From the human T2T-CHM13v2.0 reference genome, Homo sapiens: DNA of 64,000 nucleotides. This document shows, one piece after another, positions 1-13,239 of this stretch. The stretch lies in NCBI RefSeq assembly GCF_009914755.1, contig NC_060932.1; one strand, written 5' to 3'. Position numbers and translations under genes: made by a program. How positions within the stretch are numbered: position 1 is the stretch's first letter; the number at the start of each line of letters is the position of its first letter. The notes beneath the pieces are model-generated. The model was given only the letters and a program-made list of their open reading frames with translations, did not search any database and had not been told where the DNA came from.

Positions 1-1545
1 GGTGGAATTCGACTGGTGACTTCTCAGCTTCCTGTACCTGGCTACTGTCATTTTTCTCCAGATTTGGGAGATTTCCAGCCACTGTTTTTCTTAAACATGC
101 TTTGTAGGCCTTTTTCTCTCTTGCCTCCTTCAGGAATTTCTATTATGTGAAAGTTAGTTTGCTTGATCATGTCCCATAATTCTCATAGTCCTTCTTTACT
201 CTTTTTCACTCATTTTTCTATTTGCTTTTCTACTTGAGTAACTTCATTTTAAGTTCTGTCTTCAAGCTTGGTAATTCTTTCCTGTATTTGATCAAGGCTG
301 TTAAAACTTTTTAATAAATTTTGTAGTTCAGTTATTTTATTTTTTATTTATAGAATTTCTATTTGTTTTTTTCAACTTTCTATTTCTTTGACAAATTTCT
401 CATTTTGTTCCTGGATTGATCCGTAAATTTTATTTAGTTTTCATCCATATTTTCTTGTGATTTCCTGAACTTCTTTAAGAGAATTATTCTAGAATCTCTG
501 TTTGACATTTCATAGATCTTCAGTTCTTCTGGGTCTATTGTTAAAGCTTTGTTTGTTTCCTTTGGTAGTGTTGTATTTCCCTGAGTTTTCACAATCCTTT
601 TGTCTTTACACTGATGCCTGTGCATTTGAGAACACAGCCACTTCTTCCAGTTTTTCAGGTGTTTTTGACGGTGTTTTACTTATACTACTTTGCACTATAA
701 CTTAAACACTGGCCAGTAGTTTCTGGCTATTCTAGGAAGGACTATAGTCAGCACCACAACTAAAACATTGCACTGGAACTAATTCATTGCCCTGCTATTG
801 TTTCCTGGTATGGGTAAAACTTATAGTGAGCACTGGAAGTTAAATGTTGCCCTGGACTATATTGCTCCCCTGCCATTGTTTTTCATTTGGAGAAGACTTG
901 ATCAGGCATCAGATCCTAATCCTGACCTTTTAGTTGTTTCTGGACCAAGGCAAGGCTCCACCTAAGTATTTGGGCTTTGTGAAAAACTGAGCCAGGAATT
1001 TTAGTTTTCTCATGGACTATGTCCCCTGTAGCAATTTGATGCTGGACAGTCTCTTCTACATGGTGGCCGCACTGACTGGAATACAGAATAGCCACCAAGA
1101 TCTGCACACCAGTTTCTATAATTAGTGCTCTGCTCTTTGACCCCAATTCACTCCATATGGGTCAGCCCTTCTGACACTATCAGCAGCTCTCGCGGGATGG
1201 GACTGAAGTGAGCTTCCTGCAAAGATTCCCAGGTTTTTAGGGAGATTAAATGTCCACCGGCAATTCTCTCCTCTCACCTCAGAAACTGTTGGTTTAGGGA
1301 AATTCTCTATTAGTGGCATTATGCTGGCTTTGGGGAGAGAATGTGCAATAGTCTGAAATGACTATTTCTCTTAGCAGTTGTAGCTTCTCTTTATTCTGTG
1401 GTCCCAGTGGGTTTCTCCACTTTTCCCCCAAGTTCTGGTAAACTTATGATGCTATTCTTGTCTTTCAATATTTTCTTTGTATTTTTGTGAAGGGAGTGAT
1501 ACCAAGGAATCTTCTATTCTGCCATCTTTCTGATGCCACTCCTCC
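1..1545 (-). mobile_element. Old L1 (L1M-type), 5'UTR plus ORF1 remnant, running off the window start
   Basis: The minus strand begins GGAGTGGCATCAGAAAGATGGCAGAATAG, like an L1 5' end (AAGATGGC.GAATAG). ORF 434-625(-) resembles the ORF1p N-terminus (PKETNK...ELKIYEMSNRDSRIILLKKF). Confidence 0.8.
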
Positions 1546-1766
1546 AGAATCTCTCTCAACTAACAAGTCTTGATTGACCACTCCCTATGTACAGGCACCA
1601 TGGCAAGTGCCAGAGATGCAAGTCAAATGAGTCCCTCTTCTTCTCCTCAGTAAAATACAGACACACGCATATTTTTCATGGTAGTTATTACTCTAAGCTC
1701 TGAAGATATGAGCATAAAAAAATCTATGCTTTTCCTACAACACAACAACAAAAAAACAAACCAATT

Positions 1767-2024
1767 ACATACGGACATGCAGAGTAGGATAACAGACATT
1801 GAAGACTACAAAAGGTACTAAGACTACAAAAGATAGTCCTTTGTAGTCTTCAGTGTCTATTATTCAAGGAGGGTGGAAGGGGAGTGAGGGTTAAAAAATT
1901 TCCTATTGGGTACAATTTCACTATTCAGGTGACGGGTGCACTAAGAGCTTGGAGTTTATGACACAACATTGTATGTAATAAATCTGCACTTGTACCCACC
2001 CCCTAAATATACAAATTTAAAAAA
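1767..2024 (+). mobile_element. Short 5'-truncated L1PB/old L1PA 3' end inserted into an older L1 fragment
   Basis: Contains GGGTGGAAGGGGAGTGAGGGTTAAAAAATTTCCTATTGGGTACAA...AATAAATCTGCACTTGTACCC plus an A-tail. The flanks join into an L1 ORF2/3'UTR fragment (CCAATT / AAAAATGGGCAAAGGACTTGAA). Confidence 0.75.
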
Positions 2025-2971
2025 ATGGGCAAAGGACTTGAAATAGATATTTCTCCAAAGATGATCTCCAAACCAACAAATCACTGGTTACATGGCAGGG
2101 TTATTAAGCAGTTATTTAGCACAGACACTACAAGAAGACAAAAGAGTAACAAGTAAATTAGACTGGAGGGAAGGGAAGAAGTATCAGAAGAGATGACACT
2201 GAAGCCAAGTTTCTTTTGGGTTACAGGATAAATATGAAGAAGTAAATGTTAACATTCTACCATAGCAACTCAGGAAGAAATATAAAAACAAGTGTTTCTG
2301 CTAAAATCTCCAGTCTTCTCCAATTGGACAAGTCAAGATTGTGCTCACAGAAAGATTTCTCCTTAAGGGCATGCAGGGGTGTAGGTGTACTGCCATCCAG
2401 TGGCAAGATAGAAGGCACAGACTAATTGTTTTTCATATCCTTCTTCTAAGCCACTACTGAGAAGATTTGAGGGATTTGGGGGAAAGGAAATGTCACAAAA
2501 TAAATCAAAGATGGTGACCATGAGAAATGGGCACAAGCTTTGTTTAACCTCCTAAGAAGAGATACTGCCTTTATTACATATGTATTTTTCTAAGAAGCAC
2601 TAATTTGTAACTAAATGGCTGTCTCCCTTTTTTCCTTTCCCAACCCCATTATTGATGAACAGAAGGCTTAACTTAAGTACTAGGAGAAGCCAAGTACACT
2701 GAATTGGTCCATGGCACATTCATCCAACTAAGTGGTAGAATCCAAAATTCACCTCTTTGTCTTTTACGCAATCTCATTTTAAATATAGTATTGTATTTTA
2801 CCCATCAGTATTAATTTCCAACTCTAGCTATTGGTCATTACTTATATCAAATCTTAGAATAAGATCATTGGATGAAAGCAACCCAGGACATATTTATTCA
2901 ACAAATTTTTTTTGTGGTAGTTGTTATTCTATGTTCTGAAGATATAAACATGAAAAGACCTGTCTGTTCTC

Positions 2972-3885
2972 TTCCTACAACTCAACAACAAAAAACAACC
3001 CAATTTTAAAAATTGGCAAAGGACTTGAAATAGACATTTCCTCAAAGAAGATACATAAATGGCCAAAAAGCACATGAAAAGATGTCCACCATCACTAATC
3101 ATTAGGGAAATACAAATCAAAACCACAATGACATACCATCTCAAACCCATTAGGTTGGCTACTTTCAAAAAACGAACCCGAAAGTAAGTGTGGACAAGGA
3201 CGTGGAGAAATTGGAACCCTCATGCACTGTCGGCAGGACTGTAAAATGATGCAACCCTCATGGAAAAGTGTGTTAATTCCTCAAAAAATTAAGAGTAGAA
3301 TTATATGATTCAGCAATTTCACTTCTGGATGGATATACATCCACAAGATTTGAAAGCAGGTCATGACAAGATATTTACACACCTATGTTCATAGTAGCAT
3401 TATTCACAAAAGCCAAAGGTGGAAGCAACCCAAATGTCCATTGACAAGTGAATAAAGTGCAGTGTATACATACAATGGATTATTCAGCCTTAAAAAGAAA
3501 AGAAATTATGATACATAGTACAGCACAGATGGACTCTGGGGACATTATGCTAAGTTAAATAAAAAGACAAATGCTATATGATTTCACTTACATGAGGTAC
3601 CTGGAGGAGTCAAATTCATCCAGACAGAAAGTAAAACGATTGCTGCCAGGGGCTGGGTGGAGGGGAGAATGGGAAATTTGTCTTTAATAAGTACAGAGTT
3701 TCAATTCGGGATGGTGACAAGAGTCCTGGAGATTAAGTATGTTCACACTGTTATGTGAATATTCACATAGCATTGTTTATATTCATATTGTCATGTGAAT
3801 ATACGTAACTCTACTAAACTGTATACTTAAAAATGGTAAAGATGGTAAAATTTGTGTCATGTGAATGCTACTGCAATTAAAAAGA
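2972..3885 (+). mobile_element. L1MB-type 3' end (ORF2 C-terminus and 3'UTR)
   Basis: Typical sequence AAATTGGCAAAGGACTTGAA...CAAATCAAAACCACAATGA...GGAAGCAACCCAAATGTCCA...GTATACTTAAAAATGG. A GACCTGT..TCTC TSD-like sequence lies on both sides. Confidence 0.85.
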
Positions 3886-5024
3886 GAAGGACCTGTTCTC
3901 CATCTTCAGACTGCTCATGTTTTTGTACTAGTGAGGTGCCTCACCACTCCTCAGTCTAAGGCTTTCCGTGGCTATTCTGTTTAGGTACTTCGTCCCCATA
4001 TAGTTGGCATGTCTTCTGTGTGGACATGGCCTTTCTGCTTTCTCTATAATGTGCTAGTCTAAAACTTCTTTAATTTGCAAGCCAGAAACCAGAGGCTTAG
4101 TGAATGAGACTTGTTCAGTGTCAGAAAACTACTGCAGAGCCCAGGAAGACCCTGATGTATCCCACTGGCTCTGGCTCACTTGAAGTCACCCTTTTTTTTC
4201 TTCTGAAAGAAACTTTTGGTTACACTGTCCCCAGAACTCTCAGAAGGTCATCAGCTCAAACAAACGCACTGGCAGTTAGTGCCAGGCAAAATGGGATACC
4301 CTTTCTCCAGGTTCAAGCTCATCAGGATCCTCTTTCTGGCTGTTGAGACAAAGCAGGTGGTCTCTAGAAGGAATGTCTCATTTCCCAGTGCCTCCAACCC
4401 TCTTCTCTCAAATGGAGTTAAAGAGCCCTCTTGGTAGTGAGCCCCTGCCCCAGCCCTTATGTCAGAGGATAGCAGGCTCAGAAGATAGCAGCCTTCTTTT
4501 CATGAGTCTTCACATCTACCTTGACCGTATCATTCAGAAGGACTCAGAGCCGCTGAGGCTCAAAGTTAGAAATGGAAATGGGTTTTTCGCCTGCTTTGGA
4601 TCCTGACATCCAGAAGTGATCCACCCTTACAGGACTTGAGTACCATGGTAATACATGTAGGAAAGGTGGAAAAGGCGAAAGGCAAGAGGCGAGAGAGAGA
4701 GAACACACCAGCTTCGGAAATGAACTGGTAATTTAAAAGTGTGCATCATCTCCAACAGCCTCTCTCTCTGGGAGTTTCCTAAATGACTACAACAATAAGA
4801 GGATGGAAAGCAGTGGGTTACTCAGCCCGCAGCCTCTCTGGCCAGGCTCACTCTCACTGCCTGGTGTCATTTCTCTCTGCCTTATGCCCTGATGTTTGGA
4901 ATCCAGCCAGAGCCAGGCTTATAGATAGTTTGTAGGTCACTTCGATCATGCTATTTTCAGATTCAGTGATAGAAATAGCTCATACAAGCTTCTCACAGTT
5001 ATTCCTGCTCTATTTACGGATGGC

Positions 5025-5245
5025 ACCACAACATGGTTTGGAAGAAAAAGAATATAATCCTGGATCACGTCAGGGTCCTGGATCTGTAATATGACGTGTT
5101 GGCTCACAGGCTTTATGCAAGTCACTCAGCCTCTTGAAGATGTAGTATGTGTATTATAAAATGGTACATTGCAGTATCTGCTTCAAAGGATTGTTGTAGC
5201 AATCAAATAAAACAATCTATAAATAAACTATTCACTGCTATACAA
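5025..5245 (+). mobile_element. MIR-family SINE fragment
   Basis: Core GCAAGTCACTCAGCCTCT...TAAAATGG...AAGGATTGTTGT..AATCAAATAA. Confidence 0.6.
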
Positions 5246-5689
5246 ACAGAAGTGAAAACATGTAGTCCTCATGCCAAATCCAGTCTGCTCCATTCCTTGC
5301 TCAGCTTGTACACTTTTAAATCATTGGAATGACTTCAGACCAGCTTGGACTCTCCAGATACCACAGTCTCCACTTCTCCATATTGTCTCACATCTAGCCT
5401 ACTTTTTACTCATAATGTTGCCTTAAAAGCTTGCATTTGAGATCCGAATATGGTACTCTAAAGATAAGCAGAATACAGCATTGCAGACGAGGCATAGGAC
5501 CTATAGCCTGGCACATCCAGAAATGTGACTTTGCAAGCACATCAAGAAAGGGGCTTTAATCAGAGGCAGCCTCAGACTCACTGGGCTGATAACAGCGATG
5601 TCAAAAACCAGAGTGTCCAATTATGAATTTTCAATGACAAAGAAAATGGTCCTGAAGATTGGAATCCCTTGTCACTACCTTTATATTGA

Positions 5690-6205
5690 CAATATGCTAC
5701 AAGCAAAGCATCACTACAGTTAGAAGATTCCTCGGCTTATATAACACTGGCACTAAAATAAGTAAATCGATAAAGCAGTGGTACATGCTAGGAAGCCCAA
5801 AAATAGAATTTAGCATACATAGGAATTTAGTATCCAGTAAAGGTGGCATTTCCAACCAGTGAGAAGGTGATAGATTTATTTCGTAAATGCAGTTAGGGTA
5901 ATTTGTTAACTGTTTGTGAAAATACAGTTACTTTATATTATGGTCTTCACACTATAAACCAATATAAGCTCCAAATGGATAAAAGCACTAAAATTTTTCA
6001 TTAAAAACAACATAAAAAACCTAGAAGAAAATATAAGTGAATACTTATCTGCTCTCATGTAGAAAAGACACTCCTAAGCATAAAAGCAAAGGAAGAAACT
6101 CTAAAAGAAAAAAATTATAAGCTTTACTACATAAACATTTAAATACTTATAAAGATCTGAAGATGCCACAAATAAAATTAAGAGGAAACAAGCCAAAAAG
6201 AAAAA
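5690..6205 (+). mobile_element. Decayed L1M ORF2 fragment
   Basis: AAGCTCCAAATGGATAAAAG, AAAAACCTAGAAGAAAATATAAGTGAATAC, CTCCTAAGCATAAAAGCAAAGG resemble L1 ORF2. Confidence 0.65.
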
Positions 6206-6211
6206 AAAAAA

Positions 6212-6520
6212 GGCCAGGAGCAGTGGCTCATGCCTGTAATCCCTGCACTTAGGGGAGGCCGAGGCAGGCTGACCACTTGAGGCCCGGAGTTCGAGACCAG
6301 CCTGGCCAACGTGGCGAAACCCCATCTCTACTGAAAAAAAGAAACAGAAAAATCAGCCAGGTCTATACCTGTAATCCCGGCTAATCAGGAGGCTGAGGCA
6401 GGAGAATCGCTTGAACCTGGGAGGCAGAGGTTTCGGTGAGCTGATAGCATGTCACTACACTCTAGCCTGGGTGATGGAGTGAGACTCTGTCTCAAAATAA
6501 AATAAAATAAAATAAAAAAT
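6212..6520 (+). mobile_element. Alu (S/J type; small deletion at the start of the right arm)
   Basis: GGCCAGGAGCAGTGGCTCATGCCTGTAATCCC...GAGACTCTGTCTC plus an (AAAAT)n tail. Confidence 0.95.
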
Positions 6521-6539
6521 AGAAAATCAGCAACCTGGG

Positions 6540-6960
6540 GCCAGGCATACAGTGATAAACAAAACACATGGGACCTACACCTTCACAGAATTTTCAACCC
6601 CATGGACAACAGACATTAAAAGCAGGACCACCTTCAAATAAATCATTAGACATAGAGATATGTCCCTCTGAAGCCAAAAAATTGAAAGTCATACCAGGGA
6701 CCTCTCCAGTTAATAGTCAAGGAAGGTCTCTCTGAATGTGTTATTTGTTCTGGGGACTAGGAAGATGAGTAGGAGTGAGGACAAGGGTGGGGAGTAAAGA
6801 CCCAAGCCAAGAGAAGACCGCTGTGGCATGTGGTGGCAACAGCAGCCAGAAGGACAGTGGAGCACAAGGTTGAAGTGGAAAAATTACAGGAGGAAGGACC
6901 GGACAGTTAAGCAGGGCTATGTACGCTGACTTAAAACTTTCATACTTTTAACTGAGTCTT
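6540..6960 (-). mobile_element. L2 fragment
   Basis: GTCAAGGAAGGTCTCTCTGA...GAAGATGAGTAGGAGT pattern typical of an antisense L2 3' region. Confidence 0.5.
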
Positions 6961-6999
6961 TGAATGGTTCTTATAAATCACTAAGACGAGAACTATATT

Positions 7000-7620
7000 C
7001 CAATAGGCAAGAGGGCAAAGTGGGCAATTCACACAACAGGAAATGCCAATAAATTTTTAAGAGACCAAAAGTCATTAAGGTAGAAGGTTGACCACGGCTG
7101 AGAGAAAAGGACAGCCAATGGGTTGAAGGCATGCTTTTGGGGTGATGGAAATATTTCAAAATTGGATCCTTGTGATGGTTGCATAATTATAAATTTATTA
7201 TGAAATAAATGAATTGCACATTTAAAATGTATTTTATGGTATGTAAATTATACCTTCATAAAGCTATTTTTAAAAATTATTGTTCAACATCTCTAGAATC
7301 AAAGAAATGCAAATTAAAATACAATATAATTTATGTTTCAAATTTATACACAATTTAACAAATAACAATATTCAGTGTTGGTAAAATGGAAAATGGGCAT
7401 TTATATAGAATTCTAATAAATTTGACAATAACTATAAAAGCCTTATTACTTGATCACATACCTTGGAATTTAATATAACCATGAATCTATAAAAAAATTT
7501 TGTATGACAATGTTTATCACATAAATACTTGTGAAATGAAAAAACACAGAAAAAGTGTAATGTTGACCAGTAGATGATTATTTAAACAGCAAACAGTACA
7601 ATTATTTTTAAGAATATGCT
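7000..7620 (+). mobile_element. L1M 3' fragments (an L1MB/MC-type tail at about 7080-7275 inside an L1ME-type piece)
   Basis: TTTTGGGGTGATGGAAATATT...GGTATGTAAATTATACCT..ATAAAGCT; AAAGAAATGCAAATTAAAA. Confidence 0.6.
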
Positions 7621-7637
7621 ATAGAAGAACACAAAGA

Positions 7638-8001
<364 letters not shown>

Positions 8002-8114
8002 TTAAGTCAAAAATTACAAAACAGCATAGTATGATAGTATGATCCCTATATGGAGAAATCAGACATGCTTCTATAGAAAAAGTCTTAAAGGGCAGGAATC
8101 TAGGTATCAGCGTT

Positions 8115-8945
8115 AGGTATCAATTAGCTGTTACCACAAAATGCTGTTTAACAGAATACCCCAAAGCCTATAAGAAGCACTTGTTTTTTGTGTGTTATTA
8201 GGATGTCTCTCCTGAGGGAAGCAAGGCAATAGGGCTGCAGGGGAGGTCCTGGTCCACACATCTCTCCAGTGCCTATGCTATCCAGGCATCTTTTATCATG
8301 GCAGAAGCATAAGAGGGCAAGCCCAACTGCAGGAGCACATCTCTAGCCTCTGCATGCATCACTTCTGCCCACATTCCACCAGGCCAAAGTAAGTCACAGA
8401 GCCAAAGCCCAAGACAAGGGGTAAGGAGATGCACTTGCCAGTCGGGGTAGACACTGCAAGTTATTGGGGGTCCAAGAATGGGCAACAATAATGCATTCTA
8501 CACAATATCAAAAGTTTAAATGTGATTATTTCCGAGTGAAGCAGATGTGTTGCTTTGTTTTCTTTTGTTTACTTTTACATATTGCATTACTCAGCTATTT
8601 TCTAGGTTTACTTCCTGCTCATGTTATACACATCTATGGGAAAACAGTGGCTCTATCTCACAGGTCCTTCTACACTCAATAAAAGAACCTCTCCCACGTG
8701 AGGCAGGCCATTCTAAAGCACTGGAAAAAGAACAATGACAGAAATTGGAAAGGTTTTTAAAGCCTCTGCTGGACAGCTGAATGTCACTTCCAGTCACATT
8801 CCATTGGCCAAAAACCTCACAGAGCAAGCCTGGCACGATCAGTCAAAGAGGGGATCACACACCTGTAGTAGGTAGGGGACTGCAATTCACATAGCAGTGG
8901 ATGGGAGTGAAAAGGCCATGAATAGTGCAAATAGTAGTGTCATCT
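8115..8945 (-). mobile_element. Two adjacent old MLT1 (ERVL-MaLR) LTR remnants, about 8115-8500 and 8570-8945
   Basis: Each contains the MLT1 motif CACTTC..CCCACATTCCA(TT)GGCCAAA...CACAG.GC.AAGCC. Confidence 0.55.
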
Positions 8946-9222
8946 ACATACTTACTAGCATTTCCAGCTTTTCTATAATGGCCACGAATGGTTTTATTTT
9001 TATTTATCTAATTATTTATTTCTTTCTATTAGAAGCTAGACATGAACAGAAAATTTACTTTTTCAAATTTCCTTGCCATTTTTAAGGTTTTGTTTTTATC
9101 ACACATGCTTTTATTTCATGCATGCTTTAGAAGGCATTAGCCCCTGCCCTCTCCTCTCCATCTCCCTCATTGCTTAATCACCAGAACCCAACACCTTCAA
9201 CAGTTATAGCATTCAGTTAGTA

Positions 9223-9268
9223 TTAGGTTGGTGAAAAAGTAATTGTGGTTTTTGCCATTACTTTTAAT
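9223..9268. mobile_element. Half MADE1 (Hsmar1 MITE)
   Basis: TA followed by TTAGGTTGGTGAAAAAGTAATTGTGGTTTTTGCCATTACTTT, which is the left TIR only. Confidence 0.85.
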
Positions 9269-9299
9269 TTGCCTCCACTCCTCTAAGTTGCATGCATAT

Positions 9300-11790
9300 C
9301 TAACTACTTCTTGAGTTTTACCAATTCTAGGCTGTCTCTCGACTTGCAGTATAAAAGGTAAGACGTGAGTTTGCTCTCATCTCCACAAGCTCACCACATA
9401 CACATATTCCTAACCAGCCCCGATGTACCCCCAGTGGAGATGTACTGTGATTGGTTGGCATATTCATCTTCACCTGGTGTACATTACTATTATCACCATA
9501 CAGACACTGTGCATGGCTAAGCCTCAGGGTACACTGTGAATCTTTTTCCTTCTCAGCACTATTCTGTTCTGTCTCAATTTTTGTTTTTGTTTTGCTTTAC
9601 CTTTTTCATTTGTTCATCTCTGTGTATTTATCACATTTCAACCCCAACTGTCTGCCCAATGTCTAAATCTCCTCTCAGTATAGTTGGACCCATCAAACAT
9701 TCCAGCAGTTTCATTTTCTTAAAGAACTCTCTGTCTCTCTCAGAGCCCTGTGTGCTACTCCAATCTGGCTTACTTGCCTTTGATGCATCCTAGTATCTCC
9801 CTTCACTATCATCCTGGCATTTCTTTCGTCTATCTTCAGTGTAGAAATTCCTGTTTCCTATAACTCATGTCTTCCTCTCTGTTAGTTTACTGTCTCAGTT
9901 TGGCAGAGCAAACTTCCCAATAGTTTCCTAAGAAAAGGTGCCTTAGGGGTAAATCTCTTGAAACATTCACGTTTTTATTCTCTCCATACACATAATTGAT
10001 AAATTTGTATCAATGCGATTGATACAGCATTCCAGGTTACAAATCATTTTGCATAAAAAATTTGAGTAGTCCTAATTTCTGGTGTTGCTGTTGAGGAGTC
10101 AGAAGTCATTCTGTTTGCTTATCCTGTGTAGGCAATCTACATTTTTTTTTCCTCCCTGGAAACTTGTAGGATGAACCTTCAGTTCCAGTGTTCTAAAATT
10201 TCCTAAAAAGATGTGCCATGATGTGAGTCTGTTATCACTCATTGTTTGAATCTTCACTGGCTCTTCTCATCTGCAAGTGCATGTCTTTCAAATACAGAAA
10301 ATTTTCTTATTTTTTGATGATTTCCTCTCTTCTGTTTCCCCTCTTCACTCATTATGGAACTATGATTCAGATACTAGTCTTTCAGGACAGGCTGTCTCAT
10401 TTTTAATATTTTCACCCCTGCTTTCCATCCTCTTCACTTTTGGCTCTACTTTCTCTGAGAATACCTTAACTTTATCTCCCAACCATCATACTTTTAATTT
10501 CTAAAAAAAAAAAAAAGTCTTGTTCTCTGAATGTTCCTTTTTAAAATACCATGTTCTTGTTTCAGGATTGCACTATATTCTCTTATTTCCCTAAAGATAT
10601 TTAGATGATTTTATTTTTTGTATTCTCTCTGTAGTCTCTGTTCCATCAAGTTGCCTTTTTCTATTTCTTTATTCTGGTGTTGATCTTTCTAGATGGAAGC
10701 TTTCCTCAGATCTATCTCTGACTTTCCTTGTCATCTCCTTATCTTTAAGACTGGGTGTCTGAGAGCACGGAGCATGTGAATGAGTCTTGTGGACTATCAC
10801 ACTGGAGTAATCTGGTTGGCCTGTTACATTGGAAAACCCCCAGCGTGGTAACATTGTACCTGAACTGGTGCAATCTCTAGAGAAGGTTTTTCTAACCTCT
10901 TGCTTGAAAGATAAAAATAGGGTGGCGAGGTGGCTCACACCTGTAATCCCAGCACTTTGGGAGGCTAAGACAGGCAGATCACTTGAGGCCAGGAGTTCGA
11001 GACCAGCCTGGCCAATATGATGAAACCCCTTCTCTACTTAAAAAAAAATTAGCTGGATGTGATGGCACATGCCTGCAATCCCAACTACTGGGGAGGTTGA
11101 GGCATGAGAATCACTTGAACCTGGGAGGTGGAGGCTGCAGTGGGTTGAACACCATTGAACTCCAGCCTGGATGACAGAGCAAAACTCTGACTCAAAAAAA
11201 AAAAAGATAAAAATTCAGCTGACAGTCTACTACTGGAAACCAAGTAGAAAAGCAGGCTAAGGGTAGGGATCTTGCCTGATGCCTCTATTTTCAGCAGTGC
11301 CCATACCATCAGCTGTGCTTGGATAGTTCCAAATACCATGATCATCTGCTTTATCCTTCTACGAATAAACCTCTGGTGTTCAGCAGAGGTGAGGGATTCA
11401 CAAAGCTGGACAGAGTGGGAAAGGAGATTTGGAATCTAAATACTCACAGACTTGAAACCAGTCCTCCTAATAGTAGGTTTTCTCTCCACCCCTTGTCACA
11501 GGGCATGCCTGCTGCAGCCAATTCTTAAATCATTTGAGGCTTTAAAATCATAAAGCTAGCTGCTTTCCATTTTCTCACTGCCTCCGTAGTATTCTGGTTC
11601 CCTGTGCTTGGTAATAGAGTATTAATCTACATGCTTTCCACCTTCAAATTTTTGTTTCTATTTTCTCCTCACTCATTCTTGTTCTTCTTTATGCCTTTCT
11701 GAAAAATCCCTTTACTGTGAATTTAGTAGAGTTTCATAAGGAAGCAAAATGAGATGCATGTGTTTAATTTCCCATTGTTACCCGCTAGTT
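9300..11790 (-). mobile_element. Highly decayed L1ME-type 5'/ORF1 region, interrupted by an Alu
   Basis: T-rich antisense ORF1 motifs (GTTGCTGTTGAGGAGTCAGAAGTCATTCTG, TTCCAGGTTACAAATCATTTT). Confidence 0.55.
10921..11205 (+). mobile_element. Alu (S/J)
   Basis: Dimeric Alu with an A-tail; TSD AAAGATAAAAAT on both sides. Confidence 0.95.
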
Positions 11791-12928
11791 CTTGCTTTCA
11801 TAATTAAAAGAAAATTGCTTATAAGGAAATTTGCCTGGTAATTATGAAACCAGAACAAAGAGAGGTGAAATAATTGAATTTTTAATGGAATCAGATTAAG
11901 GTGGCCTCATGCATCTATCTACTACCTGGAGATAGGTGATCCAGCCAATGGGACCCTGAGATTCAAAGTTCATGCCTCTCCTGGACAAAACTCAGATGGG
12001 CACTGACCGTGTTGTCCCATGAGTCTTCTCTTCCTATGATTCCACTTTTCACCAGCCCTTTTTAACTAACACCTTTCTTTCAACATGTTAATATATTCAG
12101 GCAAGCTATTGTCAAATCTGACAGACCTGGGACGCTTTTCGTATGCCATTACCAAAATCCTTCATGAGTTGATATTATCTTTAACACACAGAGGGAAAAC
12201 TAAGTTCTAAGGTTTTTCATTAAGACACTTTATTTTAAGGCTAACACAAACATCGTCGTCTTCTTGTTTATATATCCACAGACATGGCTAAATACAAATG
12301 TAAAATTTCAATCCAGTAGATTTTAAAGCTAAGCCGTATGTGTCAGGGGAAAGGAAATTATTATAACCCCTCTGGAAGAAGAAAAACTCCCTGAGCATGA
12401 AATATCAAACATCAAACATAAATTCAAATCACTCAATGTTCATTGATTTATTTAATGGAAAGCTAGGGCACAGCCATTGCATAAGAAGTACTACCTTGGC
12501 CCCACAATGACAGAAAATAAAGAACAAACATGAAGAAGAATAAGATACAATTGCTGACCTCAAGGACATTACAAAATAGAAATTTAAAGAAAAGCAAGTA
12601 CTGAAATATTAAAAAATAAGTGTGACATGATATGAATAAACCAAATAACCCAAAAGAAGATAAGAAGTTGGAAACAGAGAAAGGAAAAATAGAGCAACAA
12701 AAATTAGTACAATTACAGACTTAAATCTAAAGATAACAATAATTATATTAAGGGTAAATGGTCTAAACCTATATATTAAAAGACAGAAATTGTCAGAATT
12801 GACTTAAGCTATGTATCAGCTGTGCGCTGTCTACAAGAAACTCATCTGAAATAAAACAATATGGGAAAATCAAAGTAAAACAATAGGAAATGATACACAA
12901 AGAAATACTAATAAAAAAGGAAGCCAGA

Positions 12929-13239
<311 letters not shown>

